DNA of 9,137 bases from a virus (taxonomy: Duplodnaviria > Heunggongvirae > Uroviricota > Caudoviricetes), in the IMG/VR virus record IMGVR_UViG_2648501165_000018, positions 1-9,137 of that record; one strand, 5' to 3'. Each line of letters starts with the position of its first letter. Positions within the stretch are counted from its first letter, which is position 1. A model generated the notes under the pieces. That model saw nothing but the letters and a program-made list of their open reading frames with translations. It was not told where the DNA came from and ran no database searches. The position numbers and the translations under genes are program-made. Of this stretch, positions 1 to 6,012 are shown one piece after another.

Positions 1-528
1 ATGCTAAATGTAAGGTTTGATTCAGAAAAGGCTTTAGAGGCCATTCTGTACGTCGCCTCTAAAGCACCGATCCCAGATATCTATCATGTCGGAAAAATTC
101 TTTATTATGCTGACAGGTTTCACCTTGAAAGTTTTGGACGCCTCATAACGGGCGATCACTATAACGCTATGAAGGATGGGCCTGTAGCAAGCAACACATA
201 CGATATTATAAAAATTGCTCGTGGAAATGGACGTTACATTCCTAATGGTTGTGATGTCGATTCTGTGCGAAAAGCATTTTCTGTATCAGGTATGACGATT
301 GTGCCGAGCCGTGAAGCTGATGAAGACTTTTTTAGTGACTCAGATTTAGAGTGTATTGATAAGTCTATCGCGATGCTTGGAAACATGTCCTTTGAAGCTA
401 TCAGAACCATGAGCCATGACGCGGCATGGGAACAGGCAGATCACAATGGTGAGATGTCTTTGGAATCGATAGTTGCACAGCTAAAAAATAGCAAATTAAT
501 ACTGGATTATCTGAAGAACGGATATTGA
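1..528 (+). CDS. Panacea-domain (DUF4065, SocA/PanA-like) protein, putative antitoxin or immunity component
   Basis: 175-aa ORF starting at the first base of the window, so the true start may lie upstream. The N-terminal half (…KALEAILYVASKAP…YHVGKILYYADRFHLESFGRLITGDHYNAMKDGPVASNTYDIIK) matches my recollection of the DUF4065/Panacea signature (KLxKLLYyAd…HL…g.pl…Y.A…GPV…Y). Stop TGA at 526-528 lies 5 nt before the first ATG of the next ORF. Family assignment is from memory, not from an HMM search. Confidence 0.6.
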   Translation: MLNVRFDSEKALEAILYVASKAPIPDIYHVGKILYYADRFHLESFGRLITGDHYNAMKDGPVASNTYDIIKIARGNGRYIPNGCDVDSVRKAFSVSGMTIVPSREADEDFFSDSDLECIDKSIAMLGNMSFEAIRTMSHDAAWEQADHNGEMSLESIVAQLKNSKLILDYLKNGY

Positions 529-533
529 TACTT

Positions 534-995
534 ATGCTGGGTGATTGTTTCCCTCCTGATTTTAAGGCTAATTTTAGTCGTGAAAGAGGTATATCACCCG
601 GTGATGTATTGTATCTTCATTGTGATTTTACGACCCCACCTAAAGTAAAATATATGGTGGTTGTTTGCTGTGAACCTCTTTTAGTTCTTCTAATAAATTC
701 AGATATAAATGAATTTATTAAGAGAAACAATGATCTTATGGCTTGTCAGGTCGAAATTAATAGAGAGGACCATGATTTTCTTAAATGGGACTCATTTGTT
801 AATTGCATTGAGGCTCATGCTGCTTTCGATCTTGAAATTATTAAAGAGAAAATAGCCATCCAATATGGTGACGTGCTAAAAGGTCGCATTACAGATCATT
901 GTATGAGACAAGTTCGATGTGCAGTTGAGATATCTAAAACTATGGTTAAACGGCATAAAAAACTGATACTCGCTGCTCTTCAACATTATGAATAA
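534..995 (+). CDS. hypothetical protein, candidate toxin/effector partner of the Panacea-domain gene
   Basis: ORF track gives 525..995 with a TTG start that overlaps the upstream stop; the first ATG is at 534 (MLGDCFPP…, 153 aa). No strong Shine-Dalgarno, consistent with translational coupling. Visibly AT-richer than the phage genes to its right. No catalytic motif recognised. Followed immediately by a hairpin terminator. Confidence 0.5.
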   Translation: MLGDCFPPDFKANFSRERGISPGDVLYLHCDFTTPPKVKYMVVVCCEPLLVLLINSDINEFIKRNNDLMACQVEINREDHDFLKWDSFVNCIEAHAAFDLEIIKEKIAIQYGDVLKGRITDHCMRQVRCAVEISKTMVKRHKKLILAALQHYE

Positions 996-1015
996 ACCCA
1001 TCTTTGGATGGGTTT
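994..1015. terminator. bidirectional intrinsic terminator between convergent operons
   Basis: Perfect 9-bp inverted repeat AAACCCATC (994-1002) / GATGGGTTT (1007-1015) with a TTTG loop. It is followed by TTTATTCAT on the plus strand and by an equivalent U-rich run on the minus strand. It sits between the stop of the + ORF (993-995) and the stop of the minus-strand PrtN-like ORF (1029-1031). Confidence 0.5.
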
Positions 1016-1028
1016 ATTCATATTCTAT

Positions 1029-1301
1029 TTAAATGAGCCTTTGTTTATGGGTTCTGACCCTTTCCCACTCAGCACGCCCTTCTTCTCGCCTTTTGTCTAT
1101 GTATTCCGCAAGATCCTGAATATTGATGCAACGTTTTGCTTTTTGTGATGTGCCGATGCGATATGTTGGAACGGGCAACTTACAAGCGTTTGCTTTTGCT
1201 TCTGCCGTGGCTGGACTCATGCCAAAGTACTTTTGGCTAACTGCTGAGAGTTCAATGTTAGGGGTATTGAATTCAGCCATCAGTAAAAACAAGGTGTTCA
1301 T
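1029..1301 (-). CDS. PrtN-like (pyocin-activator family) small DNA-binding protein
   Basis: The ORF track's 99-aa version begins at a GTG (1328). I prefer the ATG at 1301 (MNTLFLLMAEFNTPNIELSAVSQKYFGMSPATAEAKANACKLPVPTYRIG…), which is preceded by GGAGA 5 nt upstream; an ATG at 1313 is an alternative. Sequence resembles the PyocinActivator/PrtN family as I recall it. Last gene of the minus-strand operon. Confidence 0.5.
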   Translation of the reverse strand: MNTLFLLMAEFNTPNIELSAVSQKYFGMSPATAEAKANACKLPVPTYRIGTSQKAKRCINIQDLAEYIDKRREEGRAEWERVRTHKQRLI

Positions 1302-1337
1302 AATTTTCTCCATCAAAACCGGCTGCACCCGGGAAAA

Positions 1338-1910
1338 TCATAATTCTGTGCTGGTGGCAGGAATTAGTTTCTGCCAGATAGCGGAAACATATTTTGCCTG
1401 ATGACGGGCATCAGCCAGGGCGTTGTGCCGTTCGCCATCGAAAGGCATGTCCATTTTTGGGTCGAATCCGATGGAACGCCCAAGCGTAACGATCGTGCGT
1501 ACATCGTGGTCATTCCAGTACGCCCACGGGCAGATTTGTCCTGCTCGCTCGTAAGCTCCACGTAAAATTACGTTGTCGAAGGTGGCCCCGTTACCCCAGA
1601 CTTTTAAATATTTTGTATTGTCTGCATGCTGATTAATGAAATGGCTCAGTTCAGAGAGTGCATCGCTGATCGACAAAGTATCATCAATACAGATTGCAGC
1701 TCGTGCTTCAGAGCTCTGTTTCAACCACCACAGGATGGTATCGCCGTCAGGTGTAGCTCCTTGCCCCATAGCACTTTCCAGGCTAACAACCGTATAGAAT
1801 TCTTGTCCGATGTCTCCGGTTTCTGGAGTGAAGAACACCGCGCCAATGGAAACGATCGGTGCATCCTTATTTTTCCCCATCGTCTCAAGGTCGATCATTA
1901 AGTTATTCAT
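1338..1910 (-). CDS. DEDDh-type 3'-5' exonuclease (DnaQ-like fold)
   Basis: 190 aa. N-terminal MIDLETMG carries the Exo I D-x-E motif and HNALADARH near the C-terminus carries the Exo III H-x4-D motif. SD GGAGGTGA lies 5 nt upstream of the ATG at 1910. The start overlaps the upstream stop by 1 nt (TAATG). Confidence 0.7.
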   Translation of the reverse strand: MNNLMIDLETMGKNKDAPIVSIGAVFFTPETGDIGQEFYTVVSLESAMGQGATPDGDTILWWLKQSSEARAAICIDDTLSISDALSELSHFINQHADNTKYLKVWGNGATFDNVILRGAYERAGQICPWAYWNDHDVRTIVTLGRSIGFDPKMDMPFDGERHNALADARHQAKYVSAIWQKLIPATSTEL

Positions 1911-2221
1911 TACTTCACCTCCTGCGTTTCTTTGCTGCTGTGAATTCGCCAGTTACCGACGCCTTCCCATTCAAACTGGCGGTTACTAATTCGCGTCCAG
2001 CCCCTGCCGAAAAGCAAATCCAGATACCAGTATTTTAAAGTTCTGATAATTGCTCTTACAGTTGGTTTGCATCCAGAAGTCTTTGATGCGCAAATAAAGC
2101 ACCGAGTTATGCTCATGGCTTCTACAAAAGGCCAGATAAACCAAACCCAGATGCAAAGAGCCACGAACAACATGAGCGCGATGTTAGCCACTAAGCCAGA
2201 CCAGTACAGATAATTGCTCAT
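1910..2221 (-). CDS. hypothetical small membrane protein with Cys cluster
   Basis: 103 aa. A hydrophobic N-terminal segment (LVANIALMLFVALCIWVWFIWPFV) predicts one transmembrane helix, followed by CFICASKTSGCKP. The start at 2221 overlaps the upstream stop (ATGA-type junction). Confidence 0.5.
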   Translation of the reverse strand: MSNYLYWSGLVANIALMLFVALCIWVWFIWPFVEAMSITRCFICASKTSGCKPTVRAIIRTLKYWYLDLLFGRGWTRISNRQFEWEGVGNWRIHSSKETQEVK

Positions 2222-2601
2222 TGGTTGCCTCCACCTTGGCTCTGAAGCATGGCAGCGCGGCAGGCGTTCCAGCCATCAACATACCCAGCCATGATATATC
2301 GATTAAAACCCACCTCTTTCTGTGCGCGTGCCAGATTCATTTCCTCCGGCACGTGTACTGGCTGAGCTATATATAGCGGCTGAACATACCAACCCTTTGA
2401 TAACCAACTGTCAGCAACGTTTTTACTCCGTGTTATTGCCGGAATACCTAAGCCATTGTCTGAATGCAGCCATGCCACCGGTTCTGCTTCCAGCGATGCC
2501 AGCGTAATCCGTGCAAGTTCCATTTGTTCACCACGGGTAAGCCCGTTTTCAAGCGGATTTTTAATGAATAATTCGATACGTTCTTTGGTAATAGAATTCA
2601 T
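2218..2601 (-). CDS. hypothetical phage protein
   Basis: 127 aa. The ATG at 2601 is preceded by AAGGTG 7 nt upstream and lies 1 nt after the upstream stop (TAG C ATG). No domain recognised. Confidence 0.5.
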   Translation of the reverse strand: MNSITKERIELFIKNPLENGLTRGEQMELARITLASLEAEPVAWLHSDNGLGIPAITRSKNVADSWLSKGWYVQPLYIAQPVHVPEEMNLARAQKEVGFNRYIMAGYVDGWNACRAAMLQSQGGGNQ

Positions 2602-2602
2602 G

Positions 2603-2794
2603 CTATTTCACCTTAATCTCAACATTTCGCAGCTTTATGTCTACTGGTAGGTCTGACTTTCCTGTTAACGCTAATGCGAGATTTTCAGGAGTAATGAGAG
2701 CAGTTATTGTTTTCCCCATCGCCAGACGAATAATCATTCGTATCTCGCGATCGTCACATGCTCCCGGTCGAACAATTGAGATTTGTCCGTTCAT
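2603..2794 (-). CDS. hypothetical small phage protein (63 aa)
   Basis: ORF track gives 2603..2824 with a TTG start. The ATG at 2794 (MNGQISIVRPG…) has a strong SD AAGGAGAG 6 nt upstream and lies 1 nt after the upstream TGA, so I take 2794 as the start. Confidence 0.45.
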   Translation of the reverse strand: MNGQISIVRPGACDDREIRMIIRLAMGKTITALITPENLALALTGKSDLPVDIKLRNVEIKVK

Positions 2795-2795
2795 C

Positions 2796-3383
2796 TCACT
2801 CTCCTTTGATGCGAATGCCAGCAAGCCAGTTTCTTATGCCGATATATTCAGCGTTCCTGAAACCGCTTTTTACATATATAAATGGCAAGCGAAGATTGTG
2901 ACCGTTGGCTGCCAGGTAGTCTTTACAACCCTGTTCGGTGAAACAGCAGGTAACGAATTCATCAATATCTTTCACAGCAACGCGCCGCCATTTTTCTGGT
3001 GGTTCCCGAAAGTTTTCATGAAGTAGTTCGAGACGACGACTTTGGAGTTTATTGGCTTCATTGCCATCTTCATCAACCCAGACAATCCGGTCATAGTCAT
3101 AATCAGCATCAACAACAATTTCGCGCTTTTGATACACACAAAACATAGGGTCTGACGTTATTCGATTATCCTGTGTTCGAATATTTTCACCGATGATGCC
3201 AAACGAATCTGGCGTAGGTTTTGTCTGTAACTCTTCGATACGTTCAGCCAGCGCCGCGCACTTGGCCTCAGCTTCAGCAAATTTACGCACCAGGTACTCA
3301 GCGTTTGTTTCGTTCACTTTCAGATCTCGCGGTACACATTTCCCGCGAAGAAACCCTTCCATTTCGAAAACATTCATGCGCAT
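2796..3383 (-). CDS. hypothetical phage protein with N-terminal coiled-coil-like segment
   Basis: 195 aa from the ATG at 3383. An alternative ATG at 3377 forms an ATGA overlap with the stop of the upstream HD-domain gene. The N-terminus contains a helical, charged stretch (AEAEAKCAALAERIEELQ) and the C-terminus is acidic (DADYDYDRIVWVDEDGNE). No family recognised. Confidence 0.55.
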   Translation of the reverse strand: MRMNVFEMEGFLRGKCVPRDLKVNETNAEYLVRKFAEAEAKCAALAERIEELQTKPTPDSFGIIGENIRTQDNRITSDPMFCVYQKREIVVDADYDYDRIVWVDEDGNEANKLQSRRLELLHENFREPPEKWRRVAVKDIDEFVTCCFTEQGCKDYLAANGHNLRLPFIYVKSGFRNAEYIGIRNWLAGIRIKGE

Positions 3384-3910
3384 TTGCGTAACCCCGATAA
3401 CTCGTTAAAACGTTCCATAAACATCCCGTAGGCATGGCCTGGTGACAGTGGAATAACTTTGAACATCTCTGTCGCCGGGATACCTTCCAGTACAGGCCAG
3501 AAAGAGCCATCATCAAGCCCGAGATCGCGGCGTTCGGTTGCCAGCATAATGAGATCGGCATATTTCACAGGCGTGCTCATAACCGGGGGTAACCCGTATT
3601 TCTCACGGATTACGGCGTCTATTTTTTCTTCCATCCGTTTATAGTCAGGAAGAAGGCGTTTCAGTGGCGCGGGGATGTCCTGGCAATACGCTTCTGTTGC
3701 ATCATGCATTAACGCTTCAAAAGCAAATTCCTGTGGCACCAGCTGGCTGCAAAGCACCGCATGTTGGGCGACGCTGTAGAAGTGTGAAAGATGTCCTGCA
3801 AAGCGACAGATATTTGAAAGGGAAACCGCGATATCGTTAATCACGATGTCGTCTTTATTTATCCTGTCATAATAAAAATGCTTCCCGGAAAAAGTTTTAA
3901 TAAATGACAT
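3374..3910 (-). CDS. yfdR: HD-domain phosphohydrolase, YfdR-like (5'-deoxynucleotidase family)
   Basis: ORF track starts at a GTG (3940). The ATG at 3910 (MSFIKTFSG…) has SD GGAGAA 4-5 nt upstream and gives 178 aa. HD-domain signature residues are present (…ICRFAGH…, …LMHDATEAY…). Length and synteny with a 274-aa and a 120-aa gene match the yfdP-yfdQ-yfdR block of the E. coli CPS-53 prophage as I recall it; the symbol is assigned from recalled length, synteny and motif, not from alignment. Confidence 0.65.
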   Translation of the reverse strand: MSFIKTFSGKHFYYDRINKDDIVINDIAVSLSNICRFAGHLSHFYSVAQHAVLCSQLVPQEFAFEALMHDATEAYCQDIPAPLKRLLPDYKRMEEKIDAVIREKYGLPPVMSTPVKYADLIMLATERRDLGLDDGSFWPVLEGIPATEMFKVIPLSPGHAYGMFMERFNELSGLRKCA

Positions 3911-4003
3911 TTTGTTCTCCACGTAAATGTGTTGCACCACGCTGAATTCTGGTAAAAGGAAGCCCTCACCATCCGGTGATTATTGAGTTAATTACGTTTC
4001 CAT

Positions 4004-4025
4004 AAATGCCCCCGCAGGGGCATTT
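4004..4025 (-). other. intercistronic RNA hairpin between the yfdQ-like and yfdR-like genes
   Basis: AAATGCCCC (4004-4012) / GGGGCATTT (4017-4025) forms a 9-bp stem with a 4-nt loop, 13 nt downstream of the yfdQ-like stop. The downstream sequence on the minus strand is only moderately U-rich, so it is more likely a stability/processing hairpin or weak attenuator than a strong terminator. It lies in an unusually long (127-bp) spacer in an otherwise overlapping operon. Confidence 0.3.
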
Positions 4026-4037
4026 GCAGTAATGAAA

Positions 4038-4862
4038 TCAGGCGGTGAAAGTACCAATAAAGGTTTCTACTTTGCTGTCTTTGAATTTCTCAACAAGCAG
4101 ATCACGAAATTCGTTAGCCATTTCCTCCTGCACTGCTTCCAGCTGAATAATGCGCAGAACCAGTACAGGACGATCGCCAGTGATAATGCTGAGGCGTAAT
4201 TTAAACGGACGTTCTTTCAGGCCTTCAAACGGAACGCATTTGAATTCAAATGCCACTGGCATAATGTCTTTGGTTTTCGCTTCGACAGACTCCATCAGGG
4301 AGCGTTTGCCGCTGAAGTCATTGTCTTCAAAATCAGCGGTCTGGTTTGCTTCAATCGTGATTTTACGGACTGCCGCAGCTGCTTTTGTTGCCTGAATAGC
4401 GTCACCATTAGCATCAAAGCCCACAAGGTAGTCCGCCCAGTCTTCAATCCATTCTGCCAGTGACTTCTGGGAGTTACGCTCGCCATTAACAGACAACAGA
4501 GCAGAGAACGGTGCTGTCTTTTTCAGTTTGAGAGTGGCGGTGTTATCTGCGTGGCCTGGTTCATCAATAGTACCAAGATTAAGCACACTGACAGCACGCA
4601 TATTATCAGCATCGATAAAGCAGCGGGTGCCTTCATCTGCAAGATCTTTAGAATAACGGGTAAAGTCATCGATGCTGGCAGTGGAAAGCGCACCACGGAA
4701 ACGGAAGCGATTTAAATTAAATTTTTCCAGATCATGAATGCGGAAATTCTCAGGCAATGCCACAGCATCAGCACCAATCTTACTGATAATTTCATTAACA
4801 CCCTGAGCAGAAATAAGGGCATGGATTTGATTAATTGCAGTTGCGTCTAAGTTCTGAGACAT
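4038..4862 (-). CDS. yfdQ: YfdQ-like protein (DUF2303 family), function unknown
   Basis: 274 aa. The ATG at 4862 has SD GAGGA 6 nt upstream. Length and position between the YfdP-like and YfdR-like genes match the CPS-53 yfdP-yfdQ-yfdR arrangement. Assignment is by recollection, not alignment. Confidence 0.6.
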   Translation of the reverse strand: MSQNLDATAINQIHALISAQGVNEIISKIGADAVALPENFRIHDLEKFNLNRFRFRGALSTASIDDFTRYSKDLADEGTRCFIDADNMRAVSVLNLGTIDEPGHADNTATLKLKKTAPFSALLSVNGERNSQKSLAEWIEDWADYLVGFDANGDAIQATKAAAAVRKITIEANQTADFEDNDFSGKRSLMESVEAKTKDIMPVAFEFKCVPFEGLKERPFKLRLSIITGDRPVLVLRIIQLEAVQEEMANEFRDLLVEKFKDSKVETFIGTFTA

Positions 4863-4927
4863 AATAAGTCCTCACTATATAAAGATATTCAGTGATGAGA
4901 TAAAAAATCAGTTTATTAAGAACGATA

Positions 4928-5290
4928 TTAACGACCTGCTGCGCGGAGTTTTCCGTCAGGTTCACCGGCAAGAGTCAGTAATTGTCCCTGGTCTTCCTGC
5001 AGAATAGTCAGACGACCACCGCGATTGACATACATCGGCGTTTCGGTGGTGTCTTCTTCGGAAATTTTCCCGCGGTTAGTCGGGCGAACATATGAGAGTT
5101 TGTGTTTGATTTTCACACGGTTCTCATCAAATGGTTCGATTTCCAGGTTGAGTGAGACCTTACCTTTGGTTTTCGTGTTCATCACACCGGAAGCGACTTC
5201 ACTGAGAACTGCGCCGATTTTGGTTTCAAATACGCCGCCGTCCAGCTCCCCGATAAATGCCTGCACATCAGTACTGCGTTCGCTAGCCAT
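4928..5290 (-). CDS. YfdP-like hypothetical phage protein (120 aa), first gene of the early-left operon
   Basis: ORF track extends to a TTG at 5476 and runs through a terminator hairpin. The ATG at 5290 (MASERSTDVQAFIGELDGG…) has SD GAGGAG 6-8 nt upstream and gives 120 aa, the length I recall for YfdP. Confidence 0.55.
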   Translation of the reverse strand: MASERSTDVQAFIGELDGGVFETKIGAVLSEVASGVMNTKTKGKVSLNLEIEPFDENRVKIKHKLSYVRPTNRGKISEEDTTETPMYVNRGGRLTILQEDQGQLLTLAGEPDGKLRAAGR

Positions 5291-5338
5291 TTTGCTGCTC
5301 CTCATCATATCGACCCTGCAAGGTCGGTTGGTTTCTCC

Positions 5339-5427
5339 ACAAAACAGAGAAGAACACCTGCGGTGGCAGCCGCCCGGATGGATTGGGTTATGAGCCCGTC
5401 GTCCGGTGATGCTCTTCTCTGTTTTGT
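5339..5427. repeat. 89-bp element bounded by perfect 15-bp inverted repeats (ACAAAACAGAGAAGA … TCTTCTCTGTTTTGT)
   Basis: Positions 5339-5353 are the exact reverse complement of 5413-5427. The 59-bp interior is GC-rich and holds further short palindromes (CCGGA…TCCGG, GCGG…CCGC). It lies in the untranslated leader just upstream of the YfdP-like RBS and directly downstream (on the minus strand) of the terminator U-tract. Confidence 0.6.
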
Positions 5428-5434
5428 AAAAAGA

Positions 5435-5473
5435 GCGGTACCAGCCGGAAGCAAGTGTACAAACTGGTACCGC
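5435..5473 (-). terminator. intrinsic terminator in the early-left leader
   Basis: 10-bp GC-rich stem GCGGTACCAG (5435-5444) / CTGGTACCGC (5464-5473) with a 19-nt loop. On the minus strand the 3' arm is followed directly by TCTTTTTAC (reverse complement of 5426-5434). Confidence 0.5.
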
Positions 5474-5904
5474 CAAAGCAGTGGCTGTTGTGGTGATCGG
5501 TGATGATCTCCGGCTTGCGGTTATTTCAGACTCTCACGGGCATTTAATTGCCCCGCCGAACAGCTCTTTTCCGCAATAGCTGCAATGTCTTTCGCGCATC
5601 AGCCTGCGCATTCACCACAACGCTGAGAGCACTTAGCCAGTTACGGCACCACACTTTGTCGCGGTTCCATAAATGCCCTCATAGTTGCACCCTGGTCTCT
5701 TCCCAGGCGTCAAACCGAATCGCCACGCTGGTTAGGCGTCTTATCAGCATCATCATTGACTTGCACATTCCGGCTACCTGGTTTGTTTGCCCGAGCAAGG
5801 AGTGGATTGTCCCCTTTAACGTCCCCAGACCGCTAACGACGCATGTGCCATACGCCGTGTTACAACCAAATTTTGTTAGTACCTTGTTTGTTGGTCTGGA
5901 AAGA

Positions 5905-5957
5905 AAGATAAAATGAAGTTGCGCATTATGCAAGTATTTTTGTTGCGAGATATGCAA
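5905..5957 (-). promoter_or_regulatory. candidate OL operators and PL-like leftward promoter
   Basis: Two copies of a 15-bp motif TTGCG-N3-TATGCAA (5919-5933 TTGCGCATTATGCAA; 5943-5957 TTGCGAGATATGCAA), centres 24 bp apart. The same motif with one mismatch occurs in the cI/cro intergenic region. On the minus strand a -35 TTGCAT (5928-5933) and a -10 TATCTT (5905-5910) are 17 bp apart and overlap the first site. Promoter assignment is by eye only. Confidence 0.35.
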
Positions 5958-5974
5958 TTTGATGGGTAATGAAA

Positions 5975-5992
5975 AGCCACCTTCGGGTGGCT
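5975..5992 (-). terminator. intrinsic terminator downstream of the cI-like repressor gene
   Basis: AGCCACC (5975-5981) / TTCG loop / GGTGGCT (5986-5992), 20 nt after the cI stop. On the minus strand it is followed by TTTCATTAC. Confidence 0.5.
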
Positions 5993-6012
5993 AATTGATG
6001 AGGAGGTAAGGG

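Noticed and set aside
5339-5427. Identity of the 89-bp inverted-repeat element as a REP/PU or ERIC repeat
   Set aside because: The interior has short resemblances (CCGGATG, CCGG) but does not match the REP or ERIC consensus as I recall them, and only one copy is visible in the window. I left it as an unclassified inverted-repeat element.
4928-5476. N-terminal extension of the YfdP-like ORF to a TTG at 5476 (182 aa)
   Set aside because: The extension reads through the intrinsic terminator hairpin and the 89-bp inverted-repeat element and starts at TTG. The internal ATG at 5290 has a strong GAGGAG SD and gives the family-typical 120 aa.
5534-5611. 25-aa Arg-rich, Cys-containing peptide (MRRLMRERHCSYCGKELFGGAIKCP) on the minus strand of the leader, superficially like an arginine-rich antiterminator motif or mini zinc ribbon
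   Set aside because: It is too short and has no convincing Shine-Dalgarno (GGTGA abuts the ATG with no spacer). I cannot distinguish it from chance. It would be worth revisiting only if ribosome profiling shows occupancy.
5548-5916. 122-aa plus-strand ORF in the leader region
   Set aside because: The translation is low-complexity and rich in Arg, Cys, Ser and Thr. It has no RBS, runs antisense to the leftward transcription unit, and overlaps the operator-like sites. It looks like an open frame in non-coding DNA.
5679-5957. 92-aa minus-strand ORF in the leader
   Set aside because: It starts at a TTG embedded in the operator-like repeats with no SD. Its only internal ATG gives a 29-aa peptide without an RBS.
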